From a virus (taxonomy: Duplodnaviria > Caudoviricetes), in IMG/VR virus record IMGVR_UViG_3300033489_000037, positions 1-34,116 of that record: a stretch of DNA of 34,116 nt, one strand, 5' to 3'. Positions 26,265 through 33,806 of the stretch are shown piece by piece (the stretch's first letter is position 1; every line of letters starts with the position of its first letter). Below the pieces are notes generated by a model. The model was not told the origin of the DNA. It made no database searches and saw only the letters and a program-made list of their open reading frames with translations. The position numbers and the translations under genes are program-made.

Positions 26265-26645
26265 CTACACTGCTACTGTGCAGACATGCAGAGTGGCCTC
26301 ACTGGTTGCCCAACATAGCTGCCCCTTTGCTACAGTACCTGCACCCGCTGGTAGGTTAGCTTCGGCTGCGACTGTCATTGTTACTGCATCAGTGAGTTGC
26401 TGCAGGTCACAGTCAACTGCTCCATTAGGCACAGTATGACTATTGAGGGTATGGGCAGCAGGGGCAGCAGGTGCCTCCCAGTTAGGAAGGTCAGTTGCCA
26501 CTGTTAGCACAGTATCGTCACCACCTATTGCTAGTGCAGCAGGTGTAGCGGCTGCACTTGCATAGATGATGTCACCCTTTGCAGTCAACAATGCCTTGGT
26601 GATAACATTGTCCTCATATGCCAGCTTCTTCCAAGTAATAGCCAT
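26265..26645 (-). CDS. Short fibre-like virion protein
   Basis: LTAKGDIIYASAAATPAALAIG..VL is a common phage fibre repeat unit. Confidence 0.7.
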   Translation of the reverse strand: MAITWKKLAYEDNVITKALLTAKGDIIYASAAATPAALAIGGDDTVLTVATDLPNWEAPAAPAAHTLNSHTVPNGAVDCDLQQLTDAVTMTVAAEANLPAGAGTVAKGQLCWATSEATLHVCTVAV

Positions 26646-26655
26646 GACATACCTC

Positions 26656-26814
26656 CTATTTAGTTTCTATTATTTTGATAATATTAGAAGTGCTATCAAA
26701 GACTATCTGTGGACTAGTTATGTCAACAGTGATGGTAGGCGCAGTGTTAGGGTTGGAGTCACTTAGAATCTGCACTGACACCTTTCCCTTCTTTGCCCAT
26801 AAGTTAATATTCAT
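26656..26814 (-). CDS. Small hypothetical protein (52 aa, MNINLWAKKG...)
   Basis: RBS AGGAGGAG immediately upstream. Confidence 0.6.
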   Translation of the reverse strand: MNINLWAKKGKVSVQILSDSNPNTAPTITVDITSPQIVFDSTSNIIKIIETK

Positions 26815-26821
26815 ACTCCTC

Positions 26822-27109
26822 CTATTCAGTTGCAACATACACATGGTCATCACCAGTTGCATAGAACATTGTACCCTCAGTACCTGTGGCACTAGCCGCT
26901 TTGGGAGTCATATGGACTTCACCATCATTGGGAGAGCCAATAGTTATATTGCCTGTGTAGTATGACAATGCTGTCCAGGCAGTAACACCATCACCGACTT
27001 TGAGCTTGCCTGTATCAGTCTCATATCCTGCCTCACCCTCTGCTAGTATAGGGTCAGCAGCAGTCCAGTCTGCTGCACTGTCTCGTCTCCACTGTATCTG
27101 ATATGCCAC
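26822..27109 (-). CDS. Stand-alone Mtd_N-like domain fibre protein
   Basis: IQWRRDSAADWTAADPILAEGEAGYETDTGKLKVGDGVTAWTALSY is a near-canonical Mtd_N pattern. Confidence 0.85.
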   Translation of the reverse strand: MAYQIQWRRDSAADWTAADPILAEGEAGYETDTGKLKVGDGVTAWTALSYYTGNITIGSPNDGEVHMTPKAASATGTEGTMFYATGDDHVYVATE

Positions 27110-27118
27110 ATAAGCCTC

Positions 27119-27439
27119 CTAGAATGAAGTAGCAACTCCACCATCAATGGGTGAGCCGCTTACTCCACCGTAGACTTCGTCTGCATTGCCTCCATCTATG
27201 TTAGTCAGTCCACTACCCGAACCAGTGCCTATGTCAACTGTAGTCTGGGTTGTACCATCAGTATAAGTTGCCTTGAATACTCCGCTAGCCACGTCCCAGT
27301 AGATATTGAGCAGCTTGTACTGCCCAGACATGATAGCCGACACGACACAATCGTTCCAGTCGACACCAATCCTGTATGTATAGCTGTCATCTGTGATTTC
27401 TAAGTACTGGTTGACTTTCCTGATTGCTGATATAGTCAT
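27119..27439 (-). CDS. Virion protein with two C-terminal IDGG motifs
   Basis: Ends NIDGGNADEVYGGVSGSPIDGGVATSF. Confidence 0.7.
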   Translation of the reverse strand: MTISAIRKVNQYLEITDDSYTYRIGVDWNDCVVSAIMSGQYKLLNIYWDVASGVFKATYTDGTTQTTVDIGTGSGSGLTNIDGGNADEVYGGVSGSPIDGGVATSF

Positions 27440-27679
27440 CTACTTTGCCCCATTCAGACTATCTAGCCTTCTCACCAGTTCCTCAGCTTTGGTTTTTGCA
27501 ACTGCTGCATCAGTAGTTATCTGAGTATGGAAGATACATGTACCACTAGCCTTAACGTGCTCATCAAACCTAGTGGTAAGAGTCGACAGTTTGTTGATAA
27601 TCAATATTGTGTAGCCAAATGCAGTCAAAAGTGCTCCGCCAAAGAAAGATAATAATCCCACAGCCAATACATCAGACAT
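27440..27679 (-). CDS. Single-TM plus coiled-coil protein (holin/XhlA-like architecture)
   Basis: N-terminal hydrophobic helix followed by heptads. Confidence 0.6.
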   Translation of the reverse strand: MSDVLAVGLLSFFGGALLTAFGYTILIINKLSTLTTRFDEHVKASGTCIFHTQITTDAAVAKTKAEELVRRLDSLNGAK

Positions 27680-27680
27680 G

Positions 27681-27833
27681 TCAGGCTCTCCTTCCTAATC
27701 TCCTCCTCAGCTTTGCATCATGCCTGCCAATGCTTCTGACCTCTCTCCTCCCCACTCGGCTCATCTGCGCCCTCCTCACATTATGTCTGGCTGCCGCTGA
27801 GGTCTTTGGAGTGGTTCTGTTTCTCCTCGCCAT
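27681..27833 (-). CDS. Arginine-rich protamine-like protein (50 aa)
   Basis: Translated by hand: MARRNRTTPK...LRRRLGRRA, 16 Arg and 2 Lys. RBS GAGGT. Confidence 0.65.
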   Translation of the reverse strand: MARRNRTTPKTSAAARHNVRRAQMSRVGRREVRSIGRHDAKLRRRLGRRA

Positions 27834-27945
27834 TTAAGTACCTCGTCAAAGAATAGTTGCACTTAGGATCCTTACACCTGTACTCATCCTCTAGTGGAGT
27901 ACTTCTAACTCTTATCATCGGAGTCTTGCAATAAGGGCAGAGCAT
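27781..27945 (-). CDS. Zinc-ribbon protein (54 aa), Ogr/Delta-like Cys spacing
   Basis: Translated by hand: MLCPYCK...YRCKDPKCNYS. RBS AGGAGG. Confidence 0.65.
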   Translation of the reverse strand: MLCPYCKTPMIRVRSTPLEDEYRCKDPKCNYSLTRYLNGEEKQNHSKDLSGSQT

Positions 27946-28450
27946 TGTCCCTCCTAACTACCACACTCCTCTGCTCCACTTTCCTCATAGTCAACACTGC
28001 CTCAGTCCAGCTAAACTGAGTACCCCCTGATAGCTCACCCTGGACTAATGCCTCGACTATTTGGAGTTGCTGGGGAGTGTAGAAAGTGCGTAGTTTAAGC
28101 AAGTAGTCTATGTCAGACTTAGTTAGACTATCATCCTGGTCCAGGACCTTCTTGAGCACTCTATAGTCCTGCTCCATCACAAGACGAAAATTGCGGGTAA
28201 ACTCTAGGCTGGTGTACTCGGTGCGGAGCTTCTGAGCTATTTGGGGTAGGGAGGTTTCAAGCTCCACAAACTTGGGGTCCTTGCGCCATAGACTCAGAGT
28301 GGACGCAGCGTTGTCAGTTAGCTTAAGAGCTTCTCTAATTGTAAACCCAGAGGCTCTATATGAGAGGTATCTGGCCTTAGAGTCGTCTCTATTGTAAGGT
28401 AATAGACTCTGAGCTATACTAGTCTCAGGTGTACTTACCAATTCTCCCAC
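27905..28450 (-). CDS. Putative terminase small subunit (HTH)
   Basis: GFTIREALKLTDNAASTLSLWRKDPKF is a TerS-type HTH, in the first late gene. Start moved downstream of the -10 box. Confidence 0.7.
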   Translation of the reverse strand: MGELVSTPETSIAQSLLPYNRDDSKARYLSYRASGFTIREALKLTDNAASTLSLWRKDPKFVELETSLPQIAQKLRTEYTSLEFTRNFRLVMEQDYRVLKKVLDQDDSLTKSDIDYLLKLRTFYTPQQLQIVEALVQGELSGGTQFSWTEAVLTMRKVEQRSVVVRRDNALPLLQDSDDKS

Positions 28451-28456
28451 GACTCT

Positions 28457-28485
28457 AGTATAGCGCAATTCGGGGGTGGTGTCAA
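28457..28485 (-). promoter_or_regulatory. sigma70-type late-region promoter
   Basis: TTGACA-17-TATACT. Confidence 0.85.
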
Positions 28486-28541
28486 TAGGTATAATATAAT
28501 TGGGGGTCTATAACGTGTTATTTATTATATTTCACTGTGGG

Positions 28542-28570
28542 TTGACAACTCGCCAAACTAGGTTCATAAT
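28542..28570 (+). promoter_or_regulatory. Divergent sigma70-type promoter
   Basis: TTGACA-17-CATAAT. Confidence 0.75.
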
Positions 28571-28600
28571 GATAACGAAGCCAATAATAAGGATATAGTT

Positions 28601-29026
28601 GTGGATGTTTGGTTTACTCAAAACGTCAAGCGAGCAGTTTGTGTGGAGTGCCACAAGGAGATAGTTAACAAGTCTCCTATGGTAGTTGGTCGTGTGTGGA
28701 AGAGGGCAACAGGAGAAGTAAAGAAATGGAGTATGACACTCAGATGGCATCCAGAGTGCTACCTCAAGCAGGGGATAAGTTATGTAGAACAGCACCCCAA
28801 GGTAGAGTCGAGAGGGCGGCACTCATTAGCCATGGATGCAGAGACGAAGTCAAAAAGGTTTGCAATACTAAGAAGGCGAGCAAGTGTGGTGCAGAGGGTA
28901 AGAAGAGAGGCAGGCAAACCAGAAGAGATGAGAAGTTCAGAACGATTGATTCACTTAGGAAGTATGTTGAATCAGTTAGAAGAGGAGATGGCCACATGCG
29001 GGGGAGTGCCAAAGAGCTGGGAGTAA
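28601..29026 (+). CDS. Zinc-finger protein (CxxC...HxxC, PARP-type spacing) with a basic helical C-terminus
   Basis: RAVCVECHKEI...WHPECY. Confidence 0.75.
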   Translation: MDVWFTQNVKRAVCVECHKEIVNKSPMVVGRVWKRATGEVKKWSMTLRWHPECYLKQGISYVEQHPKVESRGRHSLAMDAETKSKRFAILRRRASVVQRVRREAGKPEEMRSSERLIHLGSMLNQLEEEMATCGGVPKSWE

Positions 29027-29439
29027 CATACCCAAATCCATCATGTAGTTGCAGTCCAACTGGTGCACACTACTACATTGAGATCGCAATGAAGTTGTTT
29101 CGGTGCAAGTACTGCTGGACAGTTATTTGGCAACCCTATACCATGTATGAGGCTAAGGGCTTTGTCGATTCTATCTACAAGTACGGACTGCAGGCAGCTT
29201 ACCAATACAGGGTTAGTGCTAGGCGTAAGACAGTGGAGGCATTAGTAATGCTCAACGCACTGATGCTAGTCAAGGAGGACATGAAGGACGCGGGAGATGT
29301 ATCTGATGTTATAGTGGAGAAGTACAACAAGGCACCAGATGATGAGGAGCAGCTAGTTGATATAGTGGGGTGTAAGAAGAGTCTAACAGTAGGGGGAAGA
29401 AATGACAAAAAGGCATCCAATAGATACACTAGCTGGTGA
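28996..29439 (+). CDS. Hypothetical protein with a Zn-binding motif (CSPTGAHY...CKYC)
   Basis: Probable start at ATG 28996 after GAGGAG. The longer upstream extension overlaps the previous gene. Confidence 0.65.
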   Translation: MRGSAKELGVTYPNPSCSCSPTGAHYYIEIAMKLFRCKYCWTVIWQPYTMYEAKGFVDSIYKYGLQAAYQYRVSARRKTVEALVMLNALMLVKEDMKDAGDVSDVIVEKYNKAPDDEEQLVDIVGCKKSLTVGGRNDKKASNRYTSW

Positions 29440-29692
29440 GATAGAGAGAATCAAGAAGCAATTTATTGACAGGGGCAACCTGCTGTTTGTTGATAAGCCT
29501 GACTATAAAGGAGCCAAATTAGATGGGTTGCGTGTACTTTCGGCACAAGGAGGTAACATGGTTGAGTTGTGGAGGGGAAAGTTAGTCACAGAGATGTCAA
29601 AGGAAGAACTAATCGTGGCTCTGCACGAACTCGAGGAGCTATACCAGAGTCTGCACTATAAGTATATGAAGCTACTAACAGAGCAGTGGTGA
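29402..29692 (+). CDS. Hypothetical protein, with an in-frame internal RBS and ATG (MVELWRGK)
   Basis: 96-aa ORF containing AAGGAGGTAACATG. Confidence 0.6.
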   Translation: MTKRHPIDTLAGEIERIKKQFIDRGNLLFVDKPDYKGAKLDGLRVLSAQGGNMVELWRGKLVTEMSKEELIVALHELEELYQSLHYKYMKLLTEQW

Positions 29693-29830
29693 TAGGAAGT
29701 TACTAACATACATCTCCCACTGGGTTCAGGTTAGGAAGTTACTTGGTTGAGTTGAGGTTAGGAAGTTACTAAGTCAGAGTATACAGATTAGAAAGTTACT
29801 AAGTTCAGTTTTTGAGTTTTAGAAATTTTC
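29693..29830 (+). repeat. Short direct repeats TAG(G/A)AAGTTACT x4 plus one degenerate copy
   Basis: Copies at 29693, 29732, 29759 and 29789, degenerate at 29820, in non-coding DNA. Confidence 0.9.
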
Positions 29831-30100
29831 GTGGGGAAGATAAGAATCACAATAACATATTAAACATCTGTACCCGTACCTCGTGCACGCTTGTTTCACC
29901 GAAGCATTGTATATAAGCCGCTGGTGAGAGTGACATGCATAACCATAGAGCGCGACCAGCCCACAAGCATGCCAACCAGGCCGGCCGGGAGCATACAATG
30001 TAGCACACGAGCATTGTATCAAACATGAAGATCGATTCATGCTTTGCAATTCATGAGATTTACTTCCAAAATAATGTAATGATTTTGTAATGTTTACCTA

Positions 30101-30129
30101 TTGACATTACGCTGTAGCCATGATACAAT
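30101..30129 (+). promoter_or_regulatory. Strong sigma70-type early promoter
   Basis: TTGACA-17-TACAAT with extended TG and an AT-rich upstream element. Confidence 0.85.
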
Positions 30130-30258
30130 AAAAACAAAAAAACAAGCAAAGCTTTCCGGCCAGCGGCAACAGACCGGGAGCACGTTAAAAATTGAATAGC
30201 TTATGACACCCCAGCGTGTTGTTACGGGGTGACAGCATAGCTTAATTGGGGGTGGAAC

Positions 30259-30447
30259 ATGATCGAACATGCTCGGAGAATCATGGAACACGCGGATGAA
30301 ATCGAGCACGCATACAACCGGCTCGCTGCAACGTTCACGTTCAGCGATGCGGGGGAATCAGAGCTAAACGATTACAGCGCAAGCGAATTGGCACAGATTC
30401 TTTGCGATGCCTACATGGCAATGTCGGTATTGCTCGATTCAGCGTAG
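30259..30447 (+). CDS. Small acidic early protein
   Basis: 62 aa, RBS GGGGTGG, first ORF after the promoter. Confidence 0.65.
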   Translation: MIEHARRIMEHADEIEHAYNRLAATFTFSDAGESELNDYSASELAQILCDAYMAMSVLLDSA

Positions 30448-30501
30448 CGGGGGTAGCGGGGTAGCAACCCGCTTGGGTGTCATAAGCGGAAAGCGGGTGA
30501 T

Positions 30502-31155
30502 ATGGATAATCGTAGCGTGGTATCACCTAGCTTGGTAACAATGGCAACGGCGGATGGAGCAAAGATAGCACAACGTGATCTTGCAGCGGAGATAGCAACC
30601 CAACAATCCATCGTGGACGCAGCGTTCGAAGCACGAGATTATAGCAGGCTCGCTATAGCCTCACAGCTCATGCTTAAGCTACAGAACGAGCAAAGCAAAG
30701 CGGAAGCACACAAGCTAGAATCAAAGCTGTTGGAAGAGCTTGTGGATATGCTAGAACCATACAGCATAGAGCTACAACCATATAATGAGCTTAGGTGCTT
30801 TATAAGCGGCGGGGAGATAAAATCAATCGTCTTGCTTAATGTGGCTGCACAAGCCAAACCTAAAGCTACAGCCACAAAAAGCGGGTTGCCGACTACCTCA
30901 GCAACAACCGTAAAGTGGCTGGTGCATGGGGTAGAACATGAACTCCCTGCTGACATCCACGGGAAGCCAACCTCAGAATCTTTGTTGAGGTTAGCGGGTG
31001 AGGAATTGCTAGCTGAGAGCTTCGTGGTAGCCAAAGAGCAATACGCCGCAGGGAAAAGCTTTAATGCTATCTTTGAGCAGGCCAAGAAATCCACTGACGC
31101 AAAGAATGCCGTATACCAAGCTAGAAAAAGACTTCTCAAGCACGTTGAGACCTAG
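30502..31155 (+). CDS. Early hypothetical protein
   Basis: 217-aa ORF followed by a terminator. Confidence 0.8.
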   Translation: MDNRSVVSPSLVTMATADGAKIAQRDLAAEIATQQSIVDAAFEARDYSRLAIASQLMLKLQNEQSKAEAHKLESKLLEELVDMLEPYSIELQPYNELRCFISGGEIKSIVLLNVAAQAKPKATATKSGLPTTSATTVKWLVHGVEHELPADIHGKPTSESLLRLAGEELLAESFVVAKEQYAAGKSFNAIFEQAKKSTDAKNAVYQARKRLLKHVET

Positions 31156-31159
31156 CACG

Positions 31160-31200
31160 AACGGGGGAGGGTTAGTTGCCAACTCGCCCCCGTTTTGTTT
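31160..31200 (+). terminator. Rho-independent terminator
   Basis: AACGGGGG...CCCCCGTT stem followed by a T-rich tract. Confidence 0.8.
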
Positions 31201-31287
31201 ATCTCAGTTTACTTCAGTTCTTATGAATTAGTGCATTAGTAGCTTGGAGGCTGAAGCTGTCGAGATGAGTCTGGATGTTCTTGGGGG

Positions 31288-31316
31288 TTGACAATTTCAA
31301 TAACTCATGGTATCAT
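31288..31316 (+). promoter_or_regulatory. sigma70-type early promoter
   Basis: TTGACA-17-TATCAT with extended TG. Confidence 0.8.
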
Positions 31317-31370
31317 TACATTGTGGCAAAGCTACACCATAGTATGAGTGGATTGCAAAAGGAGAGTAGT

Positions 31371-31565
31371 ATGCAAAAAGTGGTAGCGCCAGTAAAGATT
31401 ACCGGCAACGAATCGTGGGCCACTTTGGCCCCAAAGTTCCATTACACACAGGACGGGAAGCGAACACTGTGTGGCAGGACTATTCCAGATAATTGGGAGA
31501 GCGCTGAGGATGAGGTAGTGGACTGCACGCGCTGCAGTAAGCGTATGGCAGAACTATCTAGATAA
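31371..31565 (+). CDS. Small zinc-finger protein (H...LCG...CxxC)
   Basis: RBS AAGGAG. Motif FHY..RTLCG..DCTRC. Confidence 0.75.
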   Translation: MQKVVAPVKITGNESWATLAPKFHYTQDGKRTLCGRTIPDNWESAEDEVVDCTRCSKRMAELSR

Positions 31566-31606
31566 TTAGTATGATGGAAATTGGCCTAGCTAAGGAGGTG
31601 ATACAG

Positions 31607-31771
31607 ATGATACCTACAACGAAAGAATTGCTAGTAAAGTATGGCAGGCGCAAATATTTCAGAACAGGAAAGTCATACAGCAGGTCGTTTAAAGATGCAG
31701 TGTCAGGCAATGATAAGGAGGCTGTGTACCTTATCAGGCGAGAACTGCTGAGACTGGAAAGATGGATATAA
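31607..31771 (+). CDS. Small basic hypothetical protein
   Basis: Perfect RBS TAAGGAGGTGA. Confidence 0.7.
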   Translation: MIPTTKELLVKYGRRKYFRTGKSYSRSFKDAVSGNDKEAVYLIRRELLRLERWI

Positions 31772-31787
31772 TGTTACGTGAAGGGAG

Positions 31788-31988
31788 GTGACCCCAGTGG
31801 CAAACAAAACAACTATCACTATGAAGTCCACAGATGCAAATGTACTGGACTTGCTACTTAAGTGCGACCAGGAGCAGATAACAGAAGCAGACTTCATCAG
31901 CATACTACATAAACAGTACGGGTACTCAGACCGAGTGACTAAGGCCTATGTCGCTGAACAACTGCTCACTGCAATCAGGGAGGCGTAA
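31788..31988 (+). CDS. Hypothetical protein
   Basis: 66-aa ORF with GGAGGTGA nearby; start uncertain. Confidence 0.6.
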   Translation: MTPVANKTTITMKSTDANVLDLLLKCDQEQITEADFISILHKQYGYSDRVTKAYVAEQLLTAIREA

Positions 31989-32069
31989 GATGGTCAATCT
32001 AATTCTTCTCTGCTATGTCTGGTTAATAACTGGTGACGAGCGGATTAAAGAAAGGAGGGGGTGATATAG

Positions 32070-32228
32070 ATGCATAACTTTGATTGGATGGAAAGACTTG
32101 TGGCTGTTGTAGAAACGATTGAAAGCCACGTACACACAGACAAAGATGGAAATCCAGTAATGACAGCCGAAGAAGCAAATGAGTTCTTCCAGGCTGTTAT
32201 AGCTCTTATAGCTATTATAAAGGAATAA
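32070..32228 (+). CDS. Small hypothetical protein (52 aa, MHNFDWMERL...)
   Basis: Translated by hand, with RBS GGGGGTGA. Confidence 0.65.
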   Translation: MHNFDWMERLVAVVETIESHVHTDKDGNPVMTAEEANEFFQAVIALIAIIKE

Positions 32229-32316
32229 AGAAGCAAAGGCAGCTGGAGATAAGAACGCATGCTTTTTTATCAGATACAGATTGCTAGACCTGGCAGGTAT
32301 AATCAGGAGGTGAGCT

Positions 32317-32430
32317 ATGCTGGAGTCTATTGTATTCCAAGCCTATGTATGGCTCCTAACTGGTAGCAACTACTACTACATTACAGTAGGATGGATGATC
32401 AATAGCTATGCAGAAGGTTATTACAATTAA
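32317..32430 (+). CDS. Small aromatic-rich peptide (37 aa, MLESIVFQAYVWLLTG...)
   Basis: Translated by hand, with RBS AGGAGGTGA. Confidence 0.6.
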   Translation: MLESIVFQAYVWLLTGSNYYYITVGWMINSYAEGYYN

Positions 32431-32441
32431 AGGAGAGGAAA

Positions 32442-32705
32442 ATGAATCACAGTCCAGCACAGTGCAAATTATGCGACACGTATCACTGCCTCGCTGGGTG
32501 TGTCCCAGTCTCAGAATGCAAAAAACACAGCTGCCCCGAGTGTGGTAGCAGCACTCGCAGGTATCCTAGGAATGAGTACAAAAGGCAATGCAACACCTGT
32601 TATAAAATCTATGATTACTGTGATCTCTGTGGGGCATTAACGCCTGGATACGAGCGCCACAACTATAATCCATATACAGGCAGACCGATATGTGTACAGT
32701 TATGA
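32442..32705 (+). CDS. Cys-rich multi-zinc-finger protein
   Basis: Several CxxC pairs and RBS AAGGAGAGG. Confidence 0.7.
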   Translation: MNHSPAQCKLCDTYHCLAGCVPVSECKKHSCPECGSSTRRYPRNEYKRQCNTCYKIYDYCDLCGALTPGYERHNYNPYTGRPICVQL

Positions 32706-32736
32706 GCAAAGCTACTACAACTAGGAAGGAGCATGC

Positions 32737-32943
32737 ATGATACCAGAACATCTAACTAAGGTTCAGGACATGTCTCATAAAGACCAGCGGCTACTGCAAG
32801 GTTTATATGATAGGCTAGTTGAAGCTGTGGATTACTCCGAAGATGAGACTAGACTAGTCATGCAGCACACTATGACACTGGCAGACATAGCTGACCTGAT
32901 AGTAGATACCAGGGTAGCTATATCAGAACTGCTGGATATATAA
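32737..32943 (+). CDS. Hypothetical protein
   Basis: 68-aa ORF with RBS AAGGAG. Confidence 0.7.
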   Translation: MIPEHLTKVQDMSHKDQRLLQGLYDRLVEAVDYSEDETRLVMQHTMTLADIADLIVDTRVAISELLDI

Positions 32944-32974
32944 GCAAGGTTACTATAACTGAACAGGGGGCCAC

Positions 32975-33172
32975 ATGTATGAGAAGATTCACGAGTGGGT
33001 ATTCAAGCACTGGCACATAGACTTTGACTACGACTTGGGTGTACACTACCTTCGCCCATGCGTAGGTTATCTGTATAAGTTAGACACCTCTAAGCTTGGG
33101 AATGAGGACAACGACCTGCAGTCTATCTGGGTACAGGGCCTGGGAGTAGCAATCTACTTTGGATGGTGGTAG
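32975..33172 (+). CDS. Hypothetical protein
   Basis: 65-aa ORF with RBS AGGGGG. Confidence 0.65.
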   Translation: MYEKIHEWVFKHWHIDFDYDLGVHYLRPCVGYLYKLDTSKLGNEDNDLQSIWVQGLGVAIYFGWW

Positions 33173-33282
33173 TATGTGGGTGTGCAAGGCTAAGCACTAC
33201 ATCTTGTGTCCTTACTGGGGCAATAGGAAGTGCTCCAAGCAGGGGAAGTGTAGATGGAGGATAAAGATATAGAAAGGAGAAC

Positions 33283-33723
33283 ATGAATAGTATAAAGGAA
33301 ACGGCAGAGTTAGGCATAGAATCATACACTAAGTACCTGGAAGAAGCAAAGCTGTGCAAGGAGCTAGTACAGAAGCTGCCACAGGCTATTGTGGAGTTCG
33401 AGGCAGACTCGAGTAGCATCAGCTACTATGAGCATAGCAAGGAACTACACATAACAGTCAATTTCTGGGGCAGCAACAAGGAAGAGATGATTAGAGAATT
33501 CCTTAGCCTGCTGGTATCTGAAGGTGCAGTTATTACACCAGAGAAACTGGCCGCCACTACTCTACAGTGGTATAAGCCTACTAGCATGACTATGTATGCT
33601 AAGTTGGACACTGTCAGCATAGATATCAAAGGCTCGCCACTACCTCCTGGGTGTGAGATTGTGGAAGAGGACTATGTGGGTAAGAAGTACAGGACAATCT
33701 GTCATGGACAGGATACAGCATGA
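33283..33723 (+). CDS. Hypothetical protein
   Basis: 146-aa ORF with RBS AAGGAG. Confidence 0.75.
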   Translation: MNSIKETAELGIESYTKYLEEAKLCKELVQKLPQAIVEFEADSSSISYYEHSKELHITVNFWGSNKEEMIREFLSLLVSEGAVITPEKLAATTLQWYKPTSMTMYAKLDTVSIDIKGSPLPPGCEIVEEDYVGKKYRTICHGQDTA

Positions 33724-33806
33724 TTGTAACTATCATAGGGTTGGGATTAATTCTAACTATGTTTACAGTGGCAGTTATAGTAGCAATAGAGAAAGGAGGT
33801 AGGTAA
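33720..33806 (+). CDS. Small single-TM peptide (28 aa)
   Basis: ATGA and TAATG coupling on its two sides. Sequence MIVTIIGLGLILTMFTVAVIVAIEKGGR. Confidence 0.55.
   Translation: MIVTIIGLGLILTMFTVAVIVAIEKGGR

Noticed and set aside
6796-27109. Diversity-generating retroelement suggested by the Mtd_N domains
   Set aside because: No reverse transcriptase, no C-type-lectin variable domain and no TR/VR pair differing at adenines was seen in the window.
4404-27837. The many + strand ORFs of 60-160 aa within the late region
   Set aside because: They are antisense shadows of long minus-strand genes and have no recognisable motifs.
28696-28995. N-terminal 100 aa of the 247-aa ORF as a real overprinted gene
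   Set aside because: It lies wholly within the zinc-finger gene, and a better RBS and ATG exist at 28996.
29693-29830. Mini-CRISPR array
   Set aside because: The repeats are only ~12 bp, non-palindromic and irregularly spaced, and there are no cas genes.
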